In this document: one piece after another, positions 9,321 through 18,467 of the stretch | How the letters are laid out: each line of letters opens with the position of its first letter | How positions within the stretch are numbered: the first letter of the stretch is position 1 | Source of the DNA: Bacteroidota bacterium | GTDB lineage: Bacteria; Bacteroidota; Bacteroidia; Flavobacteriales; Flavobacteriaceae | Length of the DNA: 47,769 bases | Direction of reading: 5' to 3' | Assembly: GCA_039804445.1 (NCBI GenBank) | Contig: JBDLWE010000022.1 | Span: forward strand, 1-47,769 | Notes under the pieces: generated by a model | The model's database searches: none | What the model saw: only the letters and a program-made list of their open reading frames with translations | What the model was told of the DNA's origin: nothing | Made by a program: the position numbers and the translations under genes

Positions 9321-11414
9321 TTAAAAAAACATTTCTCTCTTATCTTCTATTTTAGCATTTTCTTTCAAAGCACCTACTACCCTACTTGCAGCATTTGCGT
9401 TAACTTGTTTCAGTTTAGAAGCATAGTCTGTAAAAACTTTTAATACTGGTGCAGCAACAACGTTTTTAGTTTTTACTACATAAACACCAGCATTTCCTTC
9501 AATTGGTTTCGAAATTTTGTTTCCGATTGCAAATGCGGTTCCTACCACTTTTTGTTCTTGACCGGCATTTGGAAACGTTGCGTTTTCTAAAGTCATGTCT
9601 GCCATGGTTTCTACTTTAGCAGTATTTGCTTTTGCAATAGCATCTAAAGAGCCTCCATTCATTTTTGCAATAATTTTTTCGGCTTTCTTTTTATTTTTCA
9701 AAATAGGCTCTACCATAGGTCGCACATCGGCAACGGCCATCAACCCTTCTTTGTTTTCGGCTTTTAATTTTACAATTACGTGACCAACGTTGTTAATTTC
9801 AAATCGTTTAACATCGCCAATATTGGTTTGCCTATTAAATGCCCACTGAACAATTGCTCTTTGGTTGCCTATAGCACCAATTTGCTCGTCCATTGATTTT
9901 ACTTTTTGTGCTGGAGCCAATGTCAAACCTGCTCTTTTTGCTACTTCTGCCAATGGTTTTGCGCTTGCATCCATTTCAAATTGGGTGGCTTTTGTAAAGA
10001 TTTTATCTGATGTGCTTTCAGATGGTTCAATTTTTCGGGCAATAGTTGCCAATTTCACAGCATCTTGTTTGTCGGTTACATTTATAATGTGGTAACCAAA
10101 TTCTGTTTCGACCAAACCAATTCTTCCGACAGGATTTCCAAACACAAAATCGTTAAATTTTTTGGTCATTTGCCCTTTCGAGAAATATCCTAAATCACCC
10201 CCTTGTTGTTTAGACGAATCGTCAGAATTTGTGAATGCCAACATCATGAAGCTTGTAGGATTTGCTTGCACTTGCGACAAAATGTCTGCTGCCTGTAGCG
10301 CCGCTTCTTCTTTGGATCTTGCAACCGTTGGTGCTGCACGCATCGCGCCTTTATATGAAATTAATATATGACTAGCTTTTGCATTTGCGCCAGCTTGACG
10401 CCCGATTAGTTTTGAAACCGCATAGTAATCATTAAATTTATAAGGACCATAGATGCCGTTTTGTGGCAAACCAAAAAGTTTATCAGCATGTTCGCTTGGC
10501 AAGTCTTTTTTGGCAACGAAAGTAGAATCAAAAGCGATGTCTGAATTATCGTTGACAAAAGCGGCATTGTCACTTGTGGTTGCAAAACTACGGATAGTAT
10601 CGTTTTTACCAGTTTTTTCATTGAATTTGAATCCGCCTGCTAAAGCAGTATTGATGTCTGACTGCACAGCTGCTTCATCTTCGTCCGATGGTTTATCATC
10701 GATAACCACATATTCTATCTCGCGATTTGCGTCTGCTTTATATTTTTTTTCATTCTTTTTGATAAACGTTACAATTTCGTCATCGCTAATTTTTATATCG
10801 GAATCTTTTATAGATGAAAAAGGTACTGCAACATATTCAAAGTTAACTTTGTTCATTTCCATTTCATACTTGAGCTTTGCTTCAACGTTTGTAGTATAAA
10901 TGCCCGCTTTTATAAGCGTGCTATATTCTTGAAATTTAGCGTTCAAAGCAGCTTCTTGCTCGCGATCCAACAACATTTTGCGTTGTTCTGGCGTTGCTGT
11001 TTTAGTAAATTCTTGAAATTTCTTTAAGTCAAATTCTTTAGATTCGTTCAAAAAAAGTGGGTTTTGACCAATATCTTGAGTTTGTTTCAAAATTTCGATG
11101 ATTTGTTTTTTGCCTGCGCCTAGTCCAAGTTTTTCAAATTCTGATTTCAACAATGCAATAGAAATTTCTTGATTCCAAACCTGATTAACAGCTTGTGCTT
11201 GTGTGGTGCCTTGTCCAGATTTTTCGATATTATCTACTTTAATTCTAAATTCATCGAAAGCAATGTCGGTACCATCAATCGTACCTACATTTCGAGATGA
11301 ACTATTGAAATTGCCACTAGAAACTACGTCTTGAATAATGAATGCAAGCAATGCAAAACCGATGACGAGTAGCGAAACGATTGAATATTTTCTAATTTTT
11401 GATAAAACTGCCAT
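9321..11414 (-). CDS. ppiD: Membrane-anchored parvulin peptidyl-prolyl isomerase (PpiD-like, SurA N-terminal domain)
   Basis: N-terminal TM helix, ASHILISY, GGDLGYF, VETEFGYHII rotamase motifs. Confidence 0.88.
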   Translation of the reverse strand: MAVLSKIRKYSIVSLLVIGFALLAFIIQDVVSSGNFNSSSRNVGTIDGTDIAFDEFRIKVDNIEKSGQGTTQAQAVNQVWNQEISIALLKSEFEKLGLGAGKKQIIEILKQTQDIGQNPLFLNESKEFDLKKFQEFTKTATPEQRKMLLDREQEAALNAKFQEYSTLIKAGIYTTNVEAKLKYEMEMNKVNFEYVAVPFSSIKDSDIKISDDEIVTFIKKNEKKYKADANREIEYVVIDDKPSDEDEAAVQSDINTALAGGFKFNEKTGKNDTIRSFATTSDNAAFVNDNSDIAFDSTFVAKKDLPSEHADKLFGLPQNGIYGPYKFNDYYAVSKLIGRQAGANAKASHILISYKGAMRAAPTVARSKEEAALQAADILSQVQANPTSFMMLAFTNSDDSSKQQGGDLGYFSKGQMTKKFNDFVFGNPVGRIGLVETEFGYHIINVTDKQDAVKLATIARKIEPSESTSDKIFTKATQFEMDASAKPLAEVAKRAGLTLAPAQKVKSMDEQIGAIGNQRAIVQWAFNRQTNIGDVKRFEINNVGHVIVKLKAENKEGLMAVADVRPMVEPILKNKKKAEKIIAKMNGGSLDAIAKANTAKVETMADMTLENATFPNAGQEQKVVGTAFAIGNKISKPIEGNAGVYVVKTKNVVAAPVLKVFTDYASKLKQVNANAASRVVGALKENAKIEDKREMFF

Positions 11415-11522
11415 GATATTGTACCTATTTTTAAATTCAGTCTGCGAAAATACAATTATCTAAATTAAAATTGCAATAGTCTTTTGTTTTTTTTTGCTTA
11501 TATCCGTGATTGCTTAACTTAT

Positions 11523-11693
11523 TGCCACAGATTAAAAAAGATTTGTACAGATTTTTTAATCTTATTTTAGTAAAAATTACACAAATTTTCACAAATTATT
11601 TAAAGTTTTTTGGCACAGAATTAAAAGGATTAAAGCAGATTGTTTCTAACTGTCACAGTTTCAAATCCTACAAATTCTTTTAATTCTCTGGCA
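11523..11693. repeat. Cluster of GCCACAGA(T/A)T / CACAAATT repeats including an inverted pair
   Basis: 11523-11555 copy; ACACAAATTTTCACAAATT near 11579; inverted pair TGGCACAGAATTAAAAGGATT (11611) / AATTCTTTTAATTCTCTGGCA (ends 11693). Confidence 0.65.
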
Positions 11694-11730
11694 AACAAAA
11701 TAATCGCTTTTGGCAATCAACTATAAAACT

Positions 11731-12525
11731 TTAAACAAAAATTTGAACCACAAAACCTTCTGAGCTTCGTACATTAAAAACGGTTCCGTCGTCAAAAATG
11801 AGGTATTGTCCTTTTATTCCTTTTAAAATGCCGTCAAAATGCGGTTGTTTTTCGAGGCTTAGGCTATTTATTTTTGATGGATAGGCAATTACGGGATAGT
11901 TTAATTGCGTAGTTTTTGACTGATACTCATCAAAATAGGCCCGAACTTCTTGAGGCAAAAGGCTTTTGAGATTTTGACGAACAGCTTGTAAATCGATTTT
12001 TAGAATGTCGTTCGTGAGCATTTTTCGCCAATTTGTTTTGTCAGCAAAATGATTTTTAAGCGCCACTTCTGTAATTCCTGCCAAATATCGGTTTGGCAAT
12101 TCTACAATTTCCAATGCTGCCTCTGCTCCCTGATCGATCCAGCGTGTTGGCACTTGTGTTTTTCGGGTTACACCAACTTTTACTTCGCTTGATAATGCCA
12201 AATAAACAATGTGTGGCGTGAGCTGAACGGCTTTTTCGTAGTCAAGATTTCGGTCTTCTATGCCAAGATGTGCGGTGCTTAGCTCGGGTTTCATGATCCA
12301 GTCGCCAACCGCAGGATTAGAATTGAAACAATCAAAACAATTGCCTTGTCGAAAAATTTTTTTCTTTTTGCCACAATTTAAGCATTCGTAACCTAAAAAA
12401 TCAATCGAAAATTGTTTGTCTAAAACTTGATTTAAATTCAGAAAACCATCGTCAAAAACAAGGTAATATTGAATTGGTGTACCAATTTCTGTCTGCATTT
12501 TTTTAAGAACACCGCGGTAAATCAT
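11731..12525 (-). CDS. DUF2797 domain-containing protein
   Basis: CxxC...CxxC, HIVYLA, KVGVTR, PTRWIDQGA, DKTNWRKML, GIKGQYL. Confidence 0.85.
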   Translation of the reverse strand: MIYRGVLKKMQTEIGTPIQYYLVFDDGFLNLNQVLDKQFSIDFLGYECLNCGKKKKIFRQGNCFDCFNSNPAVGDWIMKPELSTAHLGIEDRNLDYEKAVQLTPHIVYLALSSEVKVGVTRKTQVPTRWIDQGAEAALEIVELPNRYLAGITEVALKNHFADKTNWRKMLTNDILKIDLQAVRQNLKSLLPQEVRAYFDEYQSKTTQLNYPVIAYPSKINSLSLEKQPHFDGILKGIKGQYLIFDDGTVFNVRSSEGFVVQIFV

Positions 12526-12645
12526 AGAATGAAATTATAATTATTGCAAATAAATGTTGGGTTACTTTTGGTACTTTGATAAAAAATTATATTTTTGGTA
12601 AAGTTATAGATTGTAAATTTAACTACAAAATGCCGTTCTAAAGCA

Positions 12646-14154
12646 ATGCCAATATCTATTATAAACTCGGCCGCATCGTGGATTCTTAAAAAAAGAATTC
12701 ATCAAATCGAGTTGTTTCAAAAATATCCGAACGAAGTTCAAGACGAACTTTTGCATAACTTGATAAAAACAGCAGAGTCAACATTATTTGGCCAAAAACA
12801 CGATTTTGGTAATATTATAAATTACCGCCAATTTGTTGAAAAAGTGGCAGTAGCCACCTACGAAGATTTAGAACCATTGATTTCGCAAAGTAGACAAGGC
12901 GAAAACAATATTTTTTGGCCGTCAACTATCAAGTGGTTTGCAAAGTCGAGCGGTACTACAAACGCCAAAAGCAAATTTATTCCGGTCAGTAACGAAGCTT
13001 TAGAAAATTGTCATTATAAAGCCGCCAAAGATTTACTATCATTATATCTTAATAATAACGAAGATTCAGAAATGTTTACTGGTAAAAGTTTGAGACTAGG
13101 CGGTAGTAAAGAAATTTTTGAACACAACAATACCTTTTTTGGCGATTTATCGGCAATTTTAATAGAAAATATGCCGTTGTGGGCAGAATTTAGCAGTACA
13201 CCAAGCAGCAAAATATCGTTGATGAACGATTGGGAAACCAAACTTCTGGCCATTGTTAACGAAACCAAAAACGAGAATGTAACAAGTCTAGCAGGCGTAC
13301 CCTCGTGGATGTTGGTCTTGCTAAACAAAGTGCTTGCCGAAACTGGCAAAAACAATTTGCTAGAAATTTGGCCAAATCTTGAAGTTTATTTTCATGGTGG
13401 TGTTAGTTTTGAACCCTATCGATCGCAATACAAAAATTTGTTACCAAAATCTTCGTTTCAATTTTATGAAATCTACAATGCGTCTGAAGGTTTTTTTGCC
13501 ATTCAAGACCAAAACAATTCGAGTGATTTGTTACTAATGCTGGACTACGGCATTTTTTACGAATTTCTTGATATGAAAACATTTGGTAGCGAAACTCCAA
13601 AAATAATACGCCTTTCTGAAATCGAGATAGACGTAAACTACGCCATCATAATCACTACAAATGCAGGACTGTGGCGCTATCAAATTGGCGATACCGTCAG
13701 GTTTACATGCAAAAGCCCTTACAGAATTAGGGTTACAGGCCGCACAAAACATTTTATAAACGTTTTTGGCGAAGAATTAATTATAGAAAATGCCGATGCT
13801 GCCATTGCCACGGCTTGCAAACAAACAAGTGCCGAAGTCATTGACTATACAGTTGCACCCATTTTTATGGAAGGCCGCGCCAATGGTGCTCACGAATGGA
13901 TGATAGAATTTAGACAAAAACCCGAAAATCAACAAAATTTTAATGCAATTTTAGACGAAACTTTACAAAATTTAAACTCAGATTATGAAGCAAAACGCAG
14001 AAATAATATAACGCTGAATCCGCCAAAAATAAATGTAGCTTCAGAAAATTTATTTCATAATTGGCTAAAAAACAAAGATAAACTTGGCGGACAAAACAAA
14101 ATTCCGCGATTATCAAACAGTCGTGAGTATATAGACCAACTTTTAATGATTTAA
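12646..14154 (+). CDS. GH3 auxin-responsive-promoter family protein (acyl acid-amido synthetase-like)
   Basis: KSSGTT, EIYNASEGF, GLWRYQIGDTV, GGQNKIPRL motifs. Confidence 0.9.
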   Translation: MPISIINSAASWILKKRIHQIELFQKYPNEVQDELLHNLIKTAESTLFGQKHDFGNIINYRQFVEKVAVATYEDLEPLISQSRQGENNIFWPSTIKWFAKSSGTTNAKSKFIPVSNEALENCHYKAAKDLLSLYLNNNEDSEMFTGKSLRLGGSKEIFEHNNTFFGDLSAILIENMPLWAEFSSTPSSKISLMNDWETKLLAIVNETKNENVTSLAGVPSWMLVLLNKVLAETGKNNLLEIWPNLEVYFHGGVSFEPYRSQYKNLLPKSSFQFYEIYNASEGFFAIQDQNNSSDLLLMLDYGIFYEFLDMKTFGSETPKIIRLSEIEIDVNYAIIITTNAGLWRYQIGDTVRFTCKSPYRIRVTGRTKHFINVFGEELIIENADAAIATACKQTSAEVIDYTVAPIFMEGRANGAHEWMIEFRQKPENQQNFNAILDETLQNLNSDYEAKRRNNITLNPPKINVASENLFHNWLKNKDKLGGQNKIPRLSNSREYIDQLLMI

Positions 14155-14165
14155 TTTATATCATA

Positions 14166-14297
14166 ATGAAAAAAATAATGCTTTGCATCATGATTTTATC
14201 AATAACCGCTTGCTCATCAAACAGATATGGCTGCAAAGGCAAACGCTGTGTAAATGTTTTAAAAAAATCAGTCTCTGAACAAAAATATTTTTGCTAA
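14166..14297 (+). CDS. 43-aa cysteine-rich small lipoprotein (below the ORF-track cutoff)
   Basis: MKKIMLCIMILSITA-CSSNRYGCKGKRCVNVLKKSVSEQKYFC*: type II signal peptide with lipobox; fills the gap between GH3 and fabD. Confidence 0.6.
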   Translation: MKKIMLCIMILSITACSSNRYGCKGKRCVNVLKKSVSEQKYFC

Positions 14298-14344
14298 CCC
14301 TAACTTTTCGATACTTTCGCACAAAATAAATACAAATCAAAAAC

Positions 14345-15217
14345 ATGAAAGCATATATTTTTCCGGGTCAAGGCGCACAATTTTCGGGTATGGGTAAAGA
14401 GCTTTATGAAAACAATGCACTTGCAAGAAAATTGTTTGACCAAGCCAACGAAATTCTCGGATTCGAAATAACCAAAACCATGTTTGAAGGCACAGCCGAC
14501 GCTCTAAAAGAAACCAAAGTCACACAACCCGCAGTTTTTTTGCATTCTGTAATTCTAGCAAAAACGTTAGACAATTTTCAGCCCGATATGGTCGCGGGCC
14601 ATTCGCTTGGCGAGTTTTCGGCACTTGTAGCCAACGGTGTTTTGAGTTTTGAAGATGGCCTAAAACTTGTTGCAAAACGCGCACTTGCCATGCAAAAGGC
14701 CTGCGAAATAACACCCAGCACCATGGCAGCAGTGCTCAATCTTGACGACAAAATTGTAGAAGATATTTGCGCATCAATTGACGGCATAGTAGTTGCGGCC
14801 AACTATAACTGCCCTGGACAATTAGTGATTTCTGGCGAATACAAAGCCGTGGAATTGGCCTGCGAAAAAATGAAAGAGGCCGGTGCAAAACGTGCATTAA
14901 TATTGCCAGTTGGTGGTGCTTTTCATTCACCAATGATGGAACCAGCCAGAACAGAGCTTGCTGCAGCTATTGAGGCAACTCACTTTTCTGAGCCAAGTTG
15001 CCCCGTTTATCAAAACGTAACCGCAAGCGCGGTAACTAACGCTACAGAAATCAAAAAAAACCTAATCACGCAACTAACCGCACCCGTAAAATGGACACAA
15101 TCTGTGCAACAAATGATTGCCGACGGTGCAACTTTGTTCACTGAAATTGGCCCAGGAAAAGTGTTGACAGGGCTTGTAGCTAAGATAAATAAGGATGTTG
15201 AAACAGCAAATTTCTAA
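14345..15217 (+). CDS. fabD: Malonyl-CoA:ACP transacylase
   Basis: FPGQGAQ, GHSLGE, GAFHSPMM motifs. Confidence 0.97.
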   Translation: MKAYIFPGQGAQFSGMGKELYENNALARKLFDQANEILGFEITKTMFEGTADALKETKVTQPAVFLHSVILAKTLDNFQPDMVAGHSLGEFSALVANGVLSFEDGLKLVAKRALAMQKACEITPSTMAAVLNLDDKIVEDICASIDGIVVAANYNCPGQLVISGEYKAVELACEKMKEAGAKRALILPVGGAFHSPMMEPARTELAAAIEATHFSEPSCPVYQNVTASAVTNATEIKKNLITQLTAPVKWTQSVQQMIADGATLFTEIGPGKVLTGLVAKINKDVETANF

Positions 15218-15296
15218 AAATTAGATACAAGTTTTTGTTATACCTTCAAAGCATAAATACCTATAACGCGTTCAAAATTTATAAAAAATGTTATGT

Positions 15297-15418
15297 GCGT
15301 TACGTGCGCCCGCCGCGGCGGGGAGCACGTCGGCGTTCCGCTCCCAATTTGTCATTGTGAGCAACGACAGGATTTCCGCTCAACACCTAACGCTTGTGCA
15401 ACCGCAGACAACGTTTGC
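15297..15418 (-). repeat. Structured element copy G (GCGTT...AACGC subfamily with CCGCCGCGGCGG module)
   Basis: Minus strand: GCGTTAGGTGTTGAGCGGAAATCC-hairpin-...AGCGGAACGCCG-ACGTGC..CCGCCGCGGCGG..GCACGT-AACGC; shares its flank with copy E. Confidence 0.75.
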
Positions 15419-15509
15419 TAATTAACTACTACCTAATCTATATTCAAGTTCCAAGTTTGACATAAAATTGCATTTTGGCAATATAGATTTTAAAAAAAGA
15501 TAAAAAATA

Positions 15510-15869
15510 TTGAGTGCATTTGTAATATCACGACGATTTAACGACGAATATAAATTTGAATTTGCATCTAGAAAAGGCAAAACAATTTTCACAAGTCTTG
15601 GCTACGAACTAAAGTTTGAATGTGAAGCAGATATTGATGTTTTTAAAAAAAATGTTTCAAATTGTGTTTTTATACAACAAAAAGCATCTGGTGGCAAACA
15701 TTTTTTTAGACTGATGATGAACGAAAACTTGTTTGCAATTTCTAGAAAATATGCAACAGAGTTGATGCTTGCCAAAGGAATTGCCGATATAAAAAAATAT
15801 GCAGTTGGTGCCGAAACATTAGATTTTTCGGGGCAAGAACACGTTTTTCCTGAAGTTGTTTTTGATTAA
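15510..15869 (+). CDS. YegP/DUF1508 family protein
   Basis: Two repeats of a F-x-F...G/E-x-I/L...S-x-x-Y pattern; TTG start. Confidence 0.75.
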   Translation: MSAFVISRRFNDEYKFEFASRKGKTIFTSLGYELKFECEADIDVFKKNVSNCVFIQQKASGGKHFFRLMMNENLFAISRKYATELMLAKGIADIKKYAVGAETLDFSGQEHVFPEVVFD

Positions 15870-15989
15870 AATCAATCCTCTACTAAAAGGTTTAATAATA
15901 TTTAGATTTTATTTTTACGCAAAACGCAAATAAAATCTACTAAACTGTAAACAAATCATAAATTTATTGTTAATTTAGACAAAACTTTC

Positions 15990-16001
15990 GCAATCGATTG
16001 C
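15990..16001. promoter_or_regulatory. Putative LacI-family operator
   Basis: Perfect palindrome GCAATCGATTGC with central CG, 4 nt upstream of the LacI-family ATG. Confidence 0.6.
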
Positions 16002-16005
16002 ACCA

Positions 16006-17061
16006 ATGAAAACAATAACGCTTAAAGAAATTGCTAAAAAACTAGGTATCTCGATTACCACTGTTTCTAAAGCGCTCAAAAACTATCCAGACGTTAGCGA
16101 AAGTACCCGTACAGCAGTAAAAGATTTGGTTCAACAACTTGACTATAAACCAAATTCTTTTGCAGTAAATCTTAGAACGCAAGAGTCTCGCACCGTAGGA
16201 CTTATTATTCCAGAAGTCGTTCATCATTTTTTTTCGAGTATCATAAAAGGTATAATTGTCGAAGCTGAAAAAAATGGATATCTGGTCATTATTTTGCAAT
16301 CGAATGAGTCACTTGAATTGGAAAAAAAGCAGGTCGAACTGTTGATTAACAAACGTGTTGATGGTATTTTGATGTCGCTATCTAATGAGTCAAATAACGA
16401 CGAGCATATACAAGAAATCATTCGAAAAGAAATTCCGTTTGTACAGTTTGATAAAATTTCTAAACTCATAAAAAGCTCGAAGGTTATTATCGACGATCAA
16501 AAAGCAGCGTCAGAGGCCGTTCAACATTTGATTGATCAAGGCTGCAAAAAAATTGCTCACATTCGTGGACCCGTAAATCCTCAAAATGCAATTGACAGGT
16601 TTTTGGGATACAAAAAAACACTCGAACGTAATAATATTAAATACGACCAAAAACTTGTTTATACCTGCAAAGGTGCTGGATTTGATGAAGGTTATGATTT
16701 TATGCAACAAATCTTGATAGACCACCCTGATGTTGACGGTGTTTTTGCCGTTACAGACATGGTGGCCGTTGGCGCAATAACACTCATGAATGAACGTAAA
16801 ATACAAATACCACACCAAATTGCCGTAGTAGGTTTTAGTAATTGGTTTATGTCACAGGTCATTACACCAAAATTAAGCAGTGTTGACCAACCTAGTCTAG
16901 AAATGGGTGTTGCTGCTTTTCAGCTATTGCTTGAAGAAATTGTGTGTAATCGTGATGAAAAAAAATATATTCCGCGAACGGTAGAGCTTGCCACCAAAGT
17001 TGTTGTTCGAGAATCGTCTCAAAAACAAAAAACCCACTCAACAGGAATGGCTTTTGTATAA
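16006..17061 (+). CDS. LacI-family transcriptional regulator
   Basis: TLKEIAKKLGISITTVSKAL HTH, YKPN hinge, sugar-binding domain, PKLSSVDQP. Confidence 0.95.
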   Translation: MKTITLKEIAKKLGISITTVSKALKNYPDVSESTRTAVKDLVQQLDYKPNSFAVNLRTQESRTVGLIIPEVVHHFFSSIIKGIIVEAEKNGYLVIILQSNESLELEKKQVELLINKRVDGILMSLSNESNNDEHIQEIIRKEIPFVQFDKISKLIKSSKVIIDDQKAASEAVQHLIDQGCKKIAHIRGPVNPQNAIDRFLGYKKTLERNNIKYDQKLVYTCKGAGFDEGYDFMQQILIDHPDVDGVFAVTDMVAVGAITLMNERKIQIPHQIAVVGFSNWFMSQVITPKLSSVDQPSLEMGVAAFQLLLEEIVCNRDEKKYIPRTVELATKVVVRESSQKQKTHSTGMAFV

Positions 17062-17074
17062 AAATTACTGATTT

Positions 17075-17371
17075 TTATAGCACCAAAACTCCATTTTCGG
17101 CGTTAGCAAAACCGTTAAAAATAAATGAATCTGCTTCTGGTTCATTCACATAATCACCATCAACAAGATATTTAAACTCATAAGACGCGTCTTTTGGCAA
17201 ATCGAAAGTTGCCTTGAAAGTGCCGTTTTTAAGCTTAGCAAGTTCGCCAACTTTTGGATCCCAACTATTAAAATCTCCTACTACAGAAACGACCGATGCA
17301 GTTTTTGCAACGATAGAAAATGTTACTTTACAAAATGGTTTAGTTTTTACAAATTGCTTTTTTATAGCCAT
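17075..17371 (-). CDS. Stand-alone isoamylase early-set / CBM48 glycogen-binding domain protein
   Basis: VSVVGDFNSWD and YEFKYLVDG motifs. Confidence 0.88.
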   Translation of the reverse strand: MAIKKQFVKTKPFCKVTFSIVAKTASVVSVVGDFNSWDPKVGELAKLKNGTFKATFDLPKDASYEFKYLVDGDYVNEPEADSFIFNGFANAENGVLVL

Positions 17372-17618
17372 AACTGTTTAGTTTTTAATTTATTATGCAA
17401 ATAAAACACAAGTTTTTCAATGCGCAATGTCTTGAAATCATTTTTAACACAACGCCAATTAGAATCTTAAAATAATGTTAATTACACAATTTTAAATCAT
17501 AAAAAATTTTATTAATATAAAAAGTAAATGATTGTTTTGACAGAATATCATTCAAAAAATCAACTTTTTTTTTGATTTTGCTAATATTTTGTATCTTTAA
17601 CTTTTAAATTTGGTGACT

Positions 17619-17959
17619 ATGGATTCAGAAACGCACGAAAAATACGAGTATGCACGGGCAAGAATTGCACAAAAAAAATGGCTTTTGTATCATTTTATTT
17701 TTTTGCGCTTGGCAGTTTATTGTTTTTTGTATCTAATACTTTTTTGCAACTTGGCGGCACTATAATATGGTATTCTTGGGTTGTAACAGGATGGTTTTTC
17801 TTATTGCTGCTTCATTTTATAAAGGTTTATGTCGTAAATAGATTTATGAATAAATCGTGGGAACGCGCACAAATAGACAGATTGATTCTCAAACAAGAAC
17901 AAAAAATCGCAGGTTTGTCGCAAGAAATAGCATCTGATAATCAACCTCAAAATACTTAA
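17619..17959 (+). pseudogene. 2TM-domain protein with a one-base frameshift in a T7 tract
   Basis: ATG 17619 gives MDSETHEKYEYARARIAQKKWLLYHFIF. A T8 instead of T7 at 17698-17704 would join it to FALGSLLFF...WERAQIDRL of track ORF 17678..17959. Confidence 0.65.
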
Positions 17960-17966
17960 ACCCAAA

Positions 17967-18455
17967 ATGATTATACTGATTGCAGCTATCGCAAAAAACA
18001 ATGCATTAGGAAAAGACAACAAAATTATTTGGCATTTGCCAAACGATTTTAAACGTTTTAAAAAAATAACAACAGGTCACTATATTGTTATGGGTCGAAA
18101 AACTTTTGAAAGTTTTCCGAAACCGCTACTAAACCGAACACATATTGTAATATCTCGACAAAAAAATTATGAGCCAGAAGGCTGTATTGTTGTTAATAGT
18201 TTAGAAAAAGCAATAGACACTTGCCCGAAAGACGAAGACGTTTTTATAATCGGTGGTGCACAAATATACAGCCTTGCTCTGCCAATTTGTGACAAACTTG
18301 AGCTAACAAAAGTTAACGCAAATTTTGATGCAGACGCATTTTTTCCCGAAGTAAATCTTGATGAGTGGCAACTTGTTGCCAATGAATTTCATGCAAAAGA
18401 TGAAAATCACCTACACGAATTTAGTTATGAAACGTATCTTAAAAAAGAAAATTAG
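17967..18455 (+). CDS. folA: Dihydrofolate reductase
   Basis: WHLPNDFKRFK, MGRKTFES, FIIGGAQIY, DAFFP. Confidence 0.96.
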   Translation: MIILIAAIAKNNALGKDNKIIWHLPNDFKRFKKITTGHYIVMGRKTFESFPKPLLNRTHIVISRQKNYEPEGCIVVNSLEKAIDTCPKDEDVFIIGGAQIYSLALPICDKLELTKVNANFDADAFFPEVNLDEWQLVANEFHAKDENHLHEFSYETYLKKEN

Positions 18456-18467
18456 GCTTTCTATTAT

